A stretch of DNA of 64,000 bases from Tubiluchus corallicola (taxonomy: Eukaryota > Animalia > Priapulida), in contig JAQGDQ010002411.1 of NCBI GenBank assembly GCA_030141605.1, positions 1 through 64,000 of the forward strand. Reading direction: 5' to 3'. The position numbers were made by a program, and so were the translations under genes. Positions 30,399 through 40,479 of this stretch are shown here, piece by piece. Positions within the stretch are counted from its first letter, which is position 1; each line of letters starts with the position of its first letter. Below the pieces are notes generated by a model, which was not told the DNA's origin, ran no database searches, and saw only the letters and a program-made list of their open reading frames with translations.

Positions 30399-31484
30399 AT
30401 GAAAAAGAAAATAATGAAAAAGAAAATAATATTTATATACCCCTTTATGGCTTCTTTTATAAGGAATGATATAGATATTTTACAAAAGTATTATACTGTC
30501 ATACCATACCAATTTAAATTTAAAAGAGCAGGTAAATTATTTATATTACTTACTTTTATAGCTCAATTTTTTTTTCTGTTAAAGAATATATTAAAAGCAA
30601 AAATAGTTATTGTTTCTTTTGGGGGTTACTTATCTTTATTACCTGTTTTATTTGCAAGAATATTCATGCGAAAATCTTTTATAATTCTTCATGGTATTGA
30701 CTGTGCTTCTGTACCAGGAATAATAAGTTGTAAATATGGATACGGATGTTTTAGCAGAGGTATTCGCGCCTTTTTTCCTAGATGGTCGTATAGATTTGCA
30801 ACGAGGCTGTTACCTGTAAGTGATTCATTGATTTATACAGAAAATAACTACTATACTTCAACAACAATGAAACAAGGGGCTAGATATTTTGTTCCAGATT
30901 TAAAAGAATCTCTTTTTACAGTTGTTCATAATGGTATTGATGTAGGAAAATGGAAGCCAAATAAAGTAAAAAAAATAAATAATAGTTTTATAACTGTTGT
31001 TTCTAATGAAAAGCAATTTGTGAGAAAAGGGGTTGACTTAATAATTAAATTGGCAACTTTTTATCCTGATTATTCTTTTCATATTGCAGGTATTTCGGAC
31101 TTAAACAATATGCCGCAGGTAAGTCCTAATGTTTATTTTTATGGTTTTATGTCGCCAGATAAATTAAGATTATTAGTTAGCGAGTCTCAGTTTTATTTTC
31201 AACTATCAATCTATGAAGGATTTGGATGTGCTCTATGTGAAGCTATGTTATGCGAATGTATCCCAATAGTTTCTAATGTGAATTTTTTACCTGATATGAT
31301 AAAAGATTCTGGCTTTGTACTCAAGAGACGCGATATGAATATGTTGCGAGAATTGGTGGATACTGCTGTCAATACAGAGAATAAAAAGGAACTGGGAGAA
31401 AAAGCACGGCGGCGAATAGTTGATAATTTTTCGCTGGAGAAAAGAGAAAAGAAATTAATAGAAATTATAGAAGATAAACATTAA
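30399..31484 (+). CDS. Glycosyltransferase family 4
   Basis: RKGVDL, SIYEGFGCALCEAMLC; MKKKI duplicated at the start by a 15-bp tandem duplication. Confidence 0.88.
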   Translation: MKKKIMKKKIIFIYPFMASFIRNDIDILQKYYTVIPYQFKFKRAGKLFILLTFIAQFFFLLKNILKAKIVIVSFGGYLSLLPVLFARIFMRKSFIILHGIDCASVPGIISCKYGYGCFSRGIRAFFPRWSYRFATRLLPVSDSLIYTENNYYTSTTMKQGARYFVPDLKESLFTVVHNGIDVGKWKPNKVKKINNSFITVVSNEKQFVRKGVDLIIKLATFYPDYSFHIAGISDLNNMPQVSPNVYFYGFMSPDKLRLLVSESQFYFQLSIYEGFGCALCEAMLCECIPIVSNVNFLPDMIKDSGFVLKRRDMNMLRELVDTAVNTENKKELGEKARRRIVDNFSLEKREKKLIEIIEDKH

Positions 31485-32168
31485 TTAGTTTAATTTCTTG
31501 TAGATGTAAAAGTCCGCAAAAGAAGTCAAATCAGGGTTAAGAGGATCGTGTTTGTATTTATTGTCTATCTTCTTTATTAGTTCCCAATTGTTTATATGTG
31601 TTTCTACCCATTTCGTGAATTTTCTTTGTTTTACGTGAATTTTTTGAGGTTTTTCATCGTCGCTTGAATAAATAATTACATACTTGTTTGAAGAATTGAA
31701 AAGATTAATCATATATTCTTCAAAAATGTTATCTTCTGTTAAATGATAGATAACATCTAAGGAGATTGATAAGTCTGATTTAGGCTTAATATTTTCATTG
31801 ATATTATCTACATTATATAAGAAAAACTTTTTTGTTTTGTCCTCTTTAAATTTATTTTTACATATTTTAACAGCAGTTTCTGATATATCAAAACCAATGT
31901 ACTTTGAATAATTAGATAATGAAAGCTGATTCCCATCTCCACACCCAAATTCAATTATTTTATTAATATTGTTTTCTTTTACAAAAGAGTTGATTATTTC
32001 TGCCTTAAACTTTGCAAGTCTATTATACGAACCTGCTCCTGAGTTTCCTCCTGTTTTATATCTTTTTTCCCAGTATTCTTTTGTTCCTTTAAATGTTTTT
32101 GTTTTAAAGGTTTCGACAGTTTGCTTAATTATAGGAATTTTGGCAATACCTGTTTTTATTTTTTTCAT
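31485..32168 (-). CDS. Class I SAM-dependent methyltransferase (polysaccharide-locus type)
   Basis: YWEKRY..GGNSGAGSY, IEFGCGDGNQL, SLDVIYHL. Confidence 0.85.
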   Translation of the reverse strand: MKKIKTGIAKIPIIKQTVETFKTKTFKGTKEYWEKRYKTGGNSGAGSYNRLAKFKAEIINSFVKENNINKIIEFGCGDGNQLSLSNYSKYIGFDISETAVKICKNKFKEDKTKKFFLYNVDNINENIKPKSDLSISLDVIYHLTEDNIFEEYMINLFNSSNKYVIIYSSDDEKPQKIHVKQRKFTKWVETHINNWELIKKIDNKYKHDPLNPDLTSFADFYIYKKLN

Positions 32169-32194
32169 TTTAATCTCTTTTATGAAGAGTTAAT

Positions 32195-32794
32195 CTATAC
32201 GAGTAAAAAAATCGTTCCTCCCCCCAGTACATATCCTGCATATATTTGTGCAGGTGTATGTGCATTGAGAGTTAATCTTGCACTCCCTATCAAGCCTGCT
32301 GCAAATATAATGAAGTAAAGTAAAAGATAACTGTCTAATTGGAATTTATTAACAAGTGAGATATAAAATCCCAATAGTCCGCCTATACCTGTAGTGTGTA
32401 AACTTATCTTCCATTTGGAGGATATGAGCGTTGTAATGGCAAGTAATACAAGCGTTGCAAGTAGGTATTGAGGCATTGTGTTATAAAAAGTAAGGTGAAA
32501 AGCATTCTTATAGGCAAAATAGTAACTTATAATGCAGGGGAATAGTATGTAAATCCTTTCTTTGCAAGATTCTATTTTTATGTTTTGTATGTATCTTAGT
32601 CGGATAGATATATAAAGTATAAGCAGTGGAATGACAAAAGTGTAGAGAATTATATTAGCATAGGAGAGGAGTTGTATATCAAAAGGTATAGAGTTGTAAG
32701 GTGTCTGCGTATTAAAAAGAATAATAACTGCATAAAAAGGCATCAGTATAGGGTGTAGGAGAATTGAGATTGTATATGCAAGGTTGTGTATCAT
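32195..32794 (-). CDS. PAP2-like membrane protein
   Basis: Multiple TM segments; WKISLH..GIGG, SARLTLNAHTPAQIYAG. Confidence 0.75.
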   Translation of the reverse strand: MIHNLAYTISILLHPILMPFYAVIILFNTQTPYNSIPFDIQLLSYANIILYTFVIPLLILYISIRLRYIQNIKIESCKERIYILFPCIISYYFAYKNAFHLTFYNTMPQYLLATLVLLAITTLISSKWKISLHTTGIGGLLGFYISLVNKFQLDSYLLLYFIIFAAGLIGSARLTLNAHTPAQIYAGYVLGGGTIFLLV

Positions 32795-32843
32795 TATTTT
32801 ATTGTATATTTTTAAAGATCAGGATACATATCTTATTATTTTT

Positions 32844-34559
32844 CTAATAGTTGAAACTACTCCCGTACAAAAATTCTCTAATGATGGAAGTAGGTGGTAT
32901 TTCTTCTAAGGGTATAGGCAAGAGGTATTCGAAAAATTTTAACAATCGTAGTGCTTCTGTATATTCAGGTTGATTTTCTTTTACTTGTAATAGTATGGGA
33001 GTAATATAGTTTTTTAAGGCTCCCAGCTCATAGAGTGTAGCAGAATTGAACATAACATCTGCTTCTTCTTGGAAAGGAAAGATATTCTTATCTTCACCCT
33101 GTCTCACACTTGTCCATCGTTTGATAGTTTCTTGTGCAGAGTAGTTGCGGTAGTTATAATCTCTTATTATTCTTCTTATCAATCTATTGTCAGCAGTGGG
33201 TATATAATTATGGTAGTCAATAGATATAACTGTAAGAGCTGATACATATACCTTATATTTGACATGGTCAGGTATGGTCTTCGTCAGACGTGGCGTGAGA
33301 GCGTGTATTCCCTCCAAAATAAGAATATTGTTAGGATGTAATTTCAATTTTGTTCCGTCGTAGTATCTTTTACCTTTTTCAAATGAAAATTTGGGTACCT
33401 CTATTTCTTCTCCTTGCATCAACTGATTAATATGATGGTTAAGTAGAGAAAGATCTAAAGCTTCAATGTTTTCAAAATCATATTCTCCGTTTTTGTCTTT
33501 TGGGGTATCTTCTCTGTTGACAAAGTAATTGTCTATTGAAATTTTGATTGGTTTAAGACTTGAAGCTTTCAACTGAACAGACAAGCGTTTGGCAAAAGTT
33601 GTTTTTCCTGATGATGTGGGACCTGATATAAGGATAAGTCGCACGTTCCCCTTCTCCTCTATTTTTTCAGCAATATTTACTATCTTTTTTTCTTGCAATG
33701 CTTCTGATATTTTGATAGCCTCTCCTATGTGTTTCTTCTTTATCCAGTGGTTTAAGTCTCCTATAGTGCTTATACCAAGTATTTCAGCCCATTTCTTATG
33801 TTCATTGAATATGTTGAATAGCTTGCCCCTTTTTATTACAGGTGTAAGTTGCTTTGGGTTTTCTCTCAAGGGCAATCTAAGTAATAAGCCTGTAAAATAT
33901 TTTTCTACTTTGAAACCTTTCAAATAGCCTGTAGAAGGTGCAAGATAGCCGTAGAAATAGTCAATGGTATTTTGTAAATAATATACAGATGAGTATACTT
34001 TGGCACGGTCTTTTAGCAGGTTTATCTTGTCGGTCAGTCCTTGTTCTTCGAAATTTCTAATAGCTTTTTCAGTTTCCAATGATTCTCTGATAAAAGGTAA
34101 GTCTTGTTCTATAAGTTTATGCATTTCATTGTTGAGGACTGCTATGTCTTCTACTGTTAGTTCAGAATTATTTTTGTTGATATGGCAAAACACTCCTTTA
34201 GAAATGGGATGGGATATGTGAAGAATATGTTGTGGAAAGAGCTTTTTGAAAGCAGTGTATAGAACAAAGCAGGTAGAGCGAGTATACATCCGCATACCAT
34301 CGCTATGTGTAATGTCCAAAAACAAAATTCTTTTAGGTTTTACTATCCTATATGTGAGTTCTTGTAGCTCATTGTTCACCAAAGCTCCAAGTATGGTATG
34401 ATTAAGTTCTATGTTTAGATCTTGTGCTATGGCTTGCAATGGTGTTCCTATGGGGTAAGATTTTTTCTGCTGATTATTTTCACAGAATATCTCTGCTTGT
34501 TCAGTAAGTAACATTGTGTTTGGCATACTGGTATTTTTTCTAAAAAAGTTATAGAACAA
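32844..34559 (-). CDS. Nucleoside (uridine) kinase with a ThrRS-like N-terminal region
   Basis: SGPTSSGKTT, EGIHAL, DNRLIRRIIRD, FPFQEEAD; exact start uncertain. Confidence 0.88.
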   Translation of the reverse strand: MFYNFFRKNTSMPNTMLLTEQAEIFCENNQQKKSYPIGTPLQAIAQDLNIELNHTILGALVNNELQELTYRIVKPKRILFLDITHSDGMRMYTRSTCFVLYTAFKKLFPQHILHISHPISKGVFCHINKNNSELTVEDIAVLNNEMHKLIEQDLPFIRESLETEKAIRNFEEQGLTDKINLLKDRAKVYSSVYYLQNTIDYFYGYLAPSTGYLKGFKVEKYFTGLLLRLPLRENPKQLTPVIKRGKLFNIFNEHKKWAEILGISTIGDLNHWIKKKHIGEAIKISEALQEKKIVNIAEKIEEKGNVRLILISGPTSSGKTTFAKRLSVQLKASSLKPIKISIDNYFVNREDTPKDKNGEYDFENIEALDLSLLNHHINQLMQGEEIEVPKFSFEKGKRYYDGTKLKLHPNNILILEGIHALTPRLTKTIPDHVKYKVYVSALTVISIDYHNYIPTADNRLIRRIIRDYNYRNYSAQETIKRWTSVRQGEDKNIFPFQEEADVMFNSATLYELGALKNYITPILLQVKENQPEYTEALRLLKFFEYLLPIPLEEIPPTSIIREFLYGSSFNY

Positions 34560-34739
34560 ATATAAACATTATATAGAGTTGTCAAAAAATAAGAAGCGAG
34601 GTTAATCAAAATATATTGCATCTCCAAAACTACCGTTAAATATAGAAAAACAGACTGGTACTAGTGAGCTAGTAGATTGGAGGGGCAATAAGAAAAATGG
34701 ATAGTAATATTAGTGGTTTGATTAGTTTTGAAAGTGCTA

Positions 34740-35873
34740 CTAATTGTATTGTTTCTTGGTTTTTGATTTTATCAGTCTTAAGATCTCTAAAGCTATATTT
34801 TTTGCTGCGTTGTGTTTAGCAAGTTGTTTAATGTTGTTTTTCAGTGTTTGACATTTGTCTTTGTTTTCTAAGAGGTTCAGAGTCGTAGGAATCATTTGGG
34901 ATATGGCGTGCTTATCTGTTATTAGCAGGGCTGCATTCTTTTTTACTAAGGTTTGTGCATTTTTAGTTTGGTGGTCTTCAGCTACATTAGGTGAAGGTAC
35001 AAGTATAGTAGGCTTAGCAACAACACACAGTTCAGAGATAGCTCCAGCACCTGCTCTCGAAATAATAACGTCCGCCAATGTATAAGCGTAGTTCATCTCT
35101 TTAATAAAGGGTGTGATATGCATATTAGAGGCATTTTGTTTTTCTACTTCTGGTTTTAGTTGGCTATAATACAATTTTCCTGTCTGCCACAGTATTTGAA
35201 CTCCTTTTTTATTTTTCAGAGCTTCTATATGTTTCAATATGGCTTGATTGATAGTTTTTGCTCCGAGACTGCCTCCTAACACGAGTATTGTCTTATTATT
35301 AGCTGTTAAGTTGAAGTGTGCCAAAGCCTCTTCTTTATTGGTGGTAGTATTAAGGTTTTCTCTTGTGGGGTTGCCTGTAAGAATAATATTCTTTTTAGGG
35401 AAGGTATGTTCCATTCCCTCGTAAGCAGTGAATATACGAGAGGCTTTCTTTGCCAGTAATTTGTTGGTGATGCCTGCATAGGAGTTTTGCTCTTGTATGA
35501 CAATAGGTATTTTCAGCCTATGGGCTTGGTACAATATAGCACCACTAGCATATCCACCTACTCCTACAACTATATCAGGTTTGTGTTCTTTGAGTAGATG
35601 TTTGGCTTTTATCAAGCTTTGCACAAGTTTAAAAACTGCCATTATATTTTTCAATATGCTCTGTGGAGAAAAAGAACGTTGTAAACCTCGTATAGGTAGT
35701 CCTATAATTTTAAATCCTGCTTGTGGTACTTGGTTCATCTCCATTTTTCCCTCTGCTCCTACAAAAAGAATATTTACAGCAGTGTCCTCCTTTTTTAGTG
35801 CTTGTGCTATGGCTATAGCTGGGAATATGTGTCCTCCCGTACCTCCACCTGATATGATGATTCTCTTTGCCAT
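34740..35873 (-). CDS. murG: MurG N-acetylglucosaminyltransferase
   Basis: SGGGTGGHIFPA, GVGGYAS, QEQNSYAG, GGSLGA, SRAGA, EDHQTKNA; start set at 35873. Confidence 0.96.
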   Translation of the reverse strand: MAKRIIISGGGTGGHIFPAIAIAQALKKEDTAVNILFVGAEGKMEMNQVPQAGFKIIGLPIRGLQRSFSPQSILKNIMAVFKLVQSLIKAKHLLKEHKPDIVVGVGGYASGAILYQAHRLKIPIVIQEQNSYAGITNKLLAKKASRIFTAYEGMEHTFPKKNIILTGNPTRENLNTTTNKEEALAHFNLTANNKTILVLGGSLGAKTINQAILKHIEALKNKKGVQILWQTGKLYYSQLKPEVEKQNASNMHITPFIKEMNYAYTLADVIISRAGAGAISELCVVAKPTILVPSPNVAEDHQTKNAQTLVKKNAALLITDKHAISQMIPTTLNLLENKDKCQTLKNNIKQLAKHNAAKNIALEILRLIKSKTKKQYN

Positions 35874-36026
35874 TATGATTGTTATAGAATAAAATTTTAG
35901 AAAAATAAAGAATAGGCAAATATATAGGAATTGGCTTAAGTAAGCAAACAATATTTATAGTATTTAGGCCATAGAAAATAGGATAAAATGGATAGGTTGA
36001 TGTAATTCATTTGTAATTTTCAACTC

Positions 36027-37208
36027 TTAAGTTTCTTCTTTTAAGAAAACTAAATGCAAAAAGGTTAGAGCATAGAAAAAGGGTTTAGTAAAATATCCTT
36101 CGGAAAATCCTATGATAAAAATAGCAAATAAAGCAAGTAGTGAAAATAGTATGCTAAAATTGTAATGCAAGCACATTTTACGAAATGTATAGTAAATAAG
36201 AAGAAAATAGAACAGAAATCCAATTGCTCCATAGGTAGCAAGATAATTGGTTATTCCGTTGTTCCTATGTATGATTGCTTTTACTTTCTTCCCTTTGAAA
36301 CGTGTAAGTTCGTTGCGTCCCAGTCCTGTAAATGGATGTCTTGCCCAGTCTTTTATATCCAACATAGCACTACCAAACCGAGTATTGTATTGCTTCTGCT
36401 GGTAGTTCATACTTGCTTCTACTTTATCACTTAAAAAGTCAGCTTTATTGTAAAAAAGTATTATCAAAGAGGCGAATATGGGTAGTGCTATTACTTTGTA
36501 AATAGATTGAATTCGAAGAGTGTAATAACTACCCAAAACAAACATAAGAGCAATAATACCTGTGGTAGATAGGGTAGAAATCAAAGCACCAATAAGCACA
36601 AGTGTTTTTATGTTATATAGGCTTTTCTTAACTATGATTTGAAACAAAAGGGCTACAATTAAAAAACCAGCAAAAGCTCCCGGTTCCCAAAAAGGACCTG
36701 AATTTCTTGGCACTAGTGCTTCTCCACTGTTAAAAGTATAAAGTATAATATCAGGGTGGTATGTGTAATTGACTACATCGAAAGGAGTTTTCATATGAGG
36801 AGCCACATTGCTAATGAAAAAATTATTGATACTGGGAAATATGAGTGATGGAAGAAAAATAACAAAACTAAATAATGAGAAAAATATAAGTATATTAATA
36901 TAGTAGGAAATAAATTTTTTATTCAGTATTTTGACTACAAGAAAGGCAAAAAATACCCTAATGTATAAACCAAGATAAGTACTGTAAGGAAAATAATTGA
37001 ATTTAAGCATTTGAGTAATTTGTATAATGCTAAAAATAAGTAAATAAGTAATTAGGAATTTGTTTGTCCTTAGGTTTCTGAAATAAAACATAAGAGCTGA
37101 TACAGCTGCAAAAGGAATAAGAAAAGTCATTCCTGATCTCATAAAAAAAGGTATACCTGAGGCAGCTACCAGCATAAATAATAGTAAGTAATCTAATTTT
37201 TTTTGCAT
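36027..37208 (-). CDS. O-antigen polymerase/ligase-like (Wzy/WaaL) membrane protein
   Basis: About 10 TM segments; RNSGPFWEPGAFA; next to a GT. Confidence 0.7.
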   Translation of the reverse strand: MQKKLDYLLLFMLVAASGIPFFMRSGMTFLIPFAAVSALMFYFRNLRTNKFLITYLLIFSIIQITQMLKFNYFPYSTYLGLYIRVFFAFLVVKILNKKFISYYINILIFFSLFSFVIFLPSLIFPSINNFFISNVAPHMKTPFDVVNYTYHPDIILYTFNSGEALVPRNSGPFWEPGAFAGFLIVALLFQIIVKKSLYNIKTLVLIGALISTLSTTGIIALMFVLGSYYTLRIQSIYKVIALPIFASLIILFYNKADFLSDKVEASMNYQQKQYNTRFGSAMLDIKDWARHPFTGLGRNELTRFKGKKVKAIIHRNNGITNYLATYGAIGFLFYFLLIYYTFRKMCLHYNFSILFSLLALFAIFIIGFSEGYFTKPFFYALTFLHLVFLKEET

Positions 37209-37230
37209 TTTGAATTAGGTTTTAAAACTA

Positions 37231-38472
37231 TTAAGCGTTATATATACATTCTTGATACAGTTTTTTATACTGTGGTGCTATTACCTCATTGGCGTATTGC
37301 TTTTTCACTTTTTTTCTTGCATGTGCTGAGTAGTGTTTTAACATTTCTGTATTACTCAACAAGTGATTAATACCATTGGCAAGGTCATCTTTACTTCTTA
37401 GCTTAGCAAGATAACCATTTGTTTTATGGTCTATCATATCAGAATTGCCCCCTACATCAAAGGCCACTATGGGTGTTCCACAAGCCATTGCCTCCATAAT
37501 GACACAGGATAGGTTTTCTTGTAGCGACGGCACTATGGCAATGTCTGCTGCCGAATATATAATAGGAAAGCTTATATCATCGGTAATAGTACCAAGGAAA
37601 TGCGATTTTAGTTTAGTGTCGTACTGAGTAGTATCTGTTCCACCTATTATTAATAGTTCTGTATCGGTTCTATTAACTTTTTTCAGTGCTTGGGTAAGGT
37701 AATGAAAGCCTTTTCTTTCGTCAGAGGTAGAGGACATTGCGGTAAAGAGGATTAATTTCTTATTTGTAGGTAGATTAAGGATTTTACAGGCTTGTTTTTT
37801 GTCCATTGGTTTATATTGTTCGGTATCTATTGCATTAGGTAAGGTAATGGTTTTCACTTCTTTGAACAAAGTGCTTTGGGAAGCACAGCGAGTAAGCCAG
37901 TGGCTAAGTCCTATTACTGTTAGATTTGGTGTTTTTTTTATTGTGTAAATCTTCTTTTTCAATTGTCTGTATGTAAGGTCTTTTTTATTTTTTGATTTTA
38001 GGATGGGACAATTACCACAATATTGTGTGTAACGTCCGCACTCGTTATCATAATGACAACCACCTGTAAAGTTCCACATATCGTGAAGGCTAAGCACAAT
38101 AGGTTTATTCAGTTTTTTCAAGTCTTGGAATTTAAAAAATCCTCTGTTGTACCAATGAAAGTGTACCACATCAGGATTTATTTTACGTATATAAGGTATC
38201 AGGTTTTCACCTGTCAGTGTAGTTGAGAATATTGCCTTTGCTCTTTTAGGGTAGTATTTTAAAGGCAATTTGTTGATGTAGTGGTAAGCTTCTTTGAAAG
38301 TTTTTTGAATCGTAGTATTGGCAGTAGCTACAGTGTGGGGGTCTAAAGTGTTTCTTGTACGTGTGAGTAATGTCGAATCTATTTGATTATTGAGCAGGGC
38401 TTGATGCAAGCGAAAAGTAGCTTTAGCAGCGCCTCCATCAATATCGTTGGTTGATATTAGCAATACTTTCAT
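37231..38472 (-). CDS. Glycosyltransferase family 4 (WcaC-like)
   Basis: DIDGGAAKA..RLH, LHDMWNFTGGCHY, ENLSCVIMEAMACG. Confidence 0.9.
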   Translation of the reverse strand: MKVLLISTNDIDGGAAKATFRLHQALLNNQIDSTLLTRTRNTLDPHTVATANTTIQKTFKEAYHYINKLPLKYYPKRAKAIFSTTLTGENLIPYIRKINPDVVHFHWYNRGFFKFQDLKKLNKPIVLSLHDMWNFTGGCHYDNECGRYTQYCGNCPILKSKNKKDLTYRQLKKKIYTIKKTPNLTVIGLSHWLTRCASQSTLFKEVKTITLPNAIDTEQYKPMDKKQACKILNLPTNKKLILFTAMSSTSDERKGFHYLTQALKKVNRTDTELLIIGGTDTTQYDTKLKSHFLGTITDDISFPIIYSAADIAIVPSLQENLSCVIMEAMACGTPIVAFDVGGNSDMIDHKTNGYLAKLRSKDDLANGINHLLSNTEMLKHYSAHARKKVKKQYANEVIAPQYKKLYQECIYNA

Positions 38473-38591
38473 TTAGGTTTTGAGTTTGAAATGTATTATT
38501 AATAAAGTTTTTTCTAAGCAGGTTAAGGTTTGTTGTTACATTAGCTTGATTTTAGGCGTCTTACAACATTTATCCTGTATTTGTATTTTTT

Positions 38592-39116
38592 TTATATTTC
38601 TAACAATCCTTCTGGCAATTTCATTTGCACTATTTTTTTTTTGTCATCTACTGCTACAATCATATCTTCATTGGCAGGTATTAATATCTCCTTACCCTTA
38701 TATATTACTTGAAAAAGACTATTTTTTGGGAATTCTACTAACTGTTGAATTTCGCCTATTACACCGTGCCATTTATCTACAACTTTATACTTTTGCAAAG
38801 TTCTTAATATATTTTCAGAAGAGGAAAAATTTTGAGGAATAAACGGTTTTTCTACATAAATTTTTTTGTTAAAAAACTGTTGAGCTCTATTATCAGTATC
38901 AATATCTTCTAACTTAACAATAAAACTTTTATGGTTTTTAACTTTTGCATTTTGTATAAAGAAAGGAATAAAACGTTGGTCGATTTTTACCAATAGGTAT
39001 CTTAAAGTATGAAAATAATTGTAAAAATATGGCTCTATCTTTATTGTCAAACTTCCTTTATTACCATAGGTTTTTAGGATTACTCCAATATTTTCACAGT
39101 CTTTAGGGTTTATCAT
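38592..39116 (-). CDS. rimM: Ribosome maturation factor RimM
   Basis: IGVILKTYGNKG, IPFFI, EILIP, LPEGLLEI; downstream of rpsP. Confidence 0.9.
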   Translation of the reverse strand: MINPKDCENIGVILKTYGNKGSLTIKIEPYFYNYFHTLRYLLVKIDQRFIPFFIQNAKVKNHKSFIVKLEDIDTDNRAQQFFNKKIYVEKPFIPQNFSSSENILRTLQKYKVVDKWHGVIGEIQQLVEFPKNSLFQVIYKGKEILIPANEDMIVAVDDKKKIVQMKLPEGLLEI

Positions 39117-39142
39117 ATTGCAATATAATACATTTTAAAACT

Positions 39143-39178
39143 AAAAAAGCCTCTGTTTTTAAAAATAGAGGCTTTTTT
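39143..39178. terminator. Hairpin terminator/attenuator between rpsP and rimM
   Basis: AAAAAAGCCTCT...AGAGGCTTTTTT. Confidence 0.7.
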
Positions 39179-39202
39179 GTAGTTTGGTCTTTATATGTAC
39201 TA

Positions 39203-40015
39203 TTACTCTTGGGGAGGTTCCTTTTCTTTTTTCTCTTTTGTTTCTTCCTTAGGAGTTTCTGCTTTTGCTTCTTTCTTTTCTTCAGCTTTTGCTTCTTCCT
39301 TGGGAGCTTCTGCTTTTACTTCTTTCTTTTCTTCAGCTTTTGCTTCTTCCTTGGGAGCTTCTGCTTTTACTTCTTTCTTTTCTTCAGTCTTTTTTTCTTC
39401 CTTGGGAGCTTCTGCTTTTACTTCTTTCTTTTCTTCAGTCTTTTTTTCTTCCTTGGGAGCTTCTGCTTTTACTTCTTTCTTTTCTTCAGCCTTTGCTTCT
39501 TCTTTAGGAGCTTCTGCTTGTTGTGGTTCTTCTTGCTCTTTCAATTGTTGCGCCAAATCTGAGTTTTTCTCTGCTATTTTTTTTGCTCTCTCTTGTTTTA
39601 TCTTTGTTTCTTTCGCGAGTGCTTCTTTTTTGGCTGTTTCTTCCTCTTTAATTTGCTTCTCTCTTTGGCCTTTTATATTTGCTTCTTTCTCTTGCAACCA
39701 TTGATTGAATTTTTCTTCGGCTTTGGTTTCATCAAATGCTCCTTTTTTCACTCCTTCTAAGAGGTGTTTTTTGAGCATTACCCCTTTTTTTGACAAAATA
39801 GAACGCACGGTATCCGAAGGTTGTGCTCCTACTTGCATCCAATACAATGCTCTATCAAATTGCAAATCAATAATAGGAGGATGCACATTAGGGTTATAAC
39901 TACCAACTCGTTCTATAAATTTTCCATCTCTTTTGGCTCTACTATCCGCTACTACAATATGATAAAAAGGATATCCTTTTTTACCGTGCCTTGCCAATCT
40001 TATTCTTGTGGGCAT
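39203..40015 (-). CDS. rpsP: 30S ribosomal protein S16 with a long repetitive C-terminal tail
   Basis: [47 protein letters not shown]. Confidence 0.97.
   Translation of the reverse strand: MPTRIRLARHGKKGYPFYHIVVADSRAKRDGKFIERVGSYNPNVHPPIIDLQFDRALYWMQVGAQPSDTVRSILSKKGVMLKKHLLEGVKKGAFDETKAEEKFNQWLQEKEANIKGQREKQIKEEETAKKEALAKETKIKQERAKKIAEKNSDLAQQLKEQEEPQQAEAPKEEAKAEEKKEVKAEAPKEEKKTEEKKEVKAEAPKEEKKTEEKKEVKAEAPKEEAKAEEKKEVKAEAPKEEAKAEEKKEAKAETPKEETKEKKEKEPPQE
39243..39517 (-). repeat. 51-bp tandem repeat (5 full copies plus a partial one) encoding AEAPKEE(AKA/KKT)EEKKEVK
   Basis: TTGGGAGCTTCTGCTTTTACTTC recurs at ~39300, 39351, 39402, 39453. Confidence 0.95.
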
Positions 40016-40479
40016 ATAAAATAAAGTTTTTCTTCTAAAATTTATTAATACTATATATTTCTGTATGTAAAGTGCGGCAAAGTTACATATTTTTTATCAT
40101 TTGTCAAATAAGTTTACTTATTATTTTTATGATTAAGAAAAAGAATGCTTAAAATGGTTGTTTGTAATGTATTATGTAGTGCTTGCATAGCCCCATTTTG
40201 TCCATAATTTATAAATTTAACAACTGTAAGTATATTGCCTGCTATCAACTTGCATATCGTTCCTCAAAATATTACTTTTGCAGTTTAATTTATATAAATT
40301 TTAAATAGTAATGTGTAAGGTTTGCACAACCTTGATTTAATTTATTTCTTTTTTTATTATCTTTTGCAGTGGTCTTTGGTAGTGTGAGGAAGACTAAAAA
40401 CTATAGAAGTACTAAGAGAAAATGGCTACTGGTGTTTTTATCATATTATTAACATAAATTAATGTCATCAACAAATTTT

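Noticed and set aside
39243-39517. CRISPR array
   Set aside because: No unique spacers, the repeat is in frame inside rpsP, and there are no cas genes
40016-40479. TPP riboswitch upstream of thiL
   Set aside because: Conserved TPP motifs (GCTGAGA, ACCTGA..TAAT..GCGTAGG) not found
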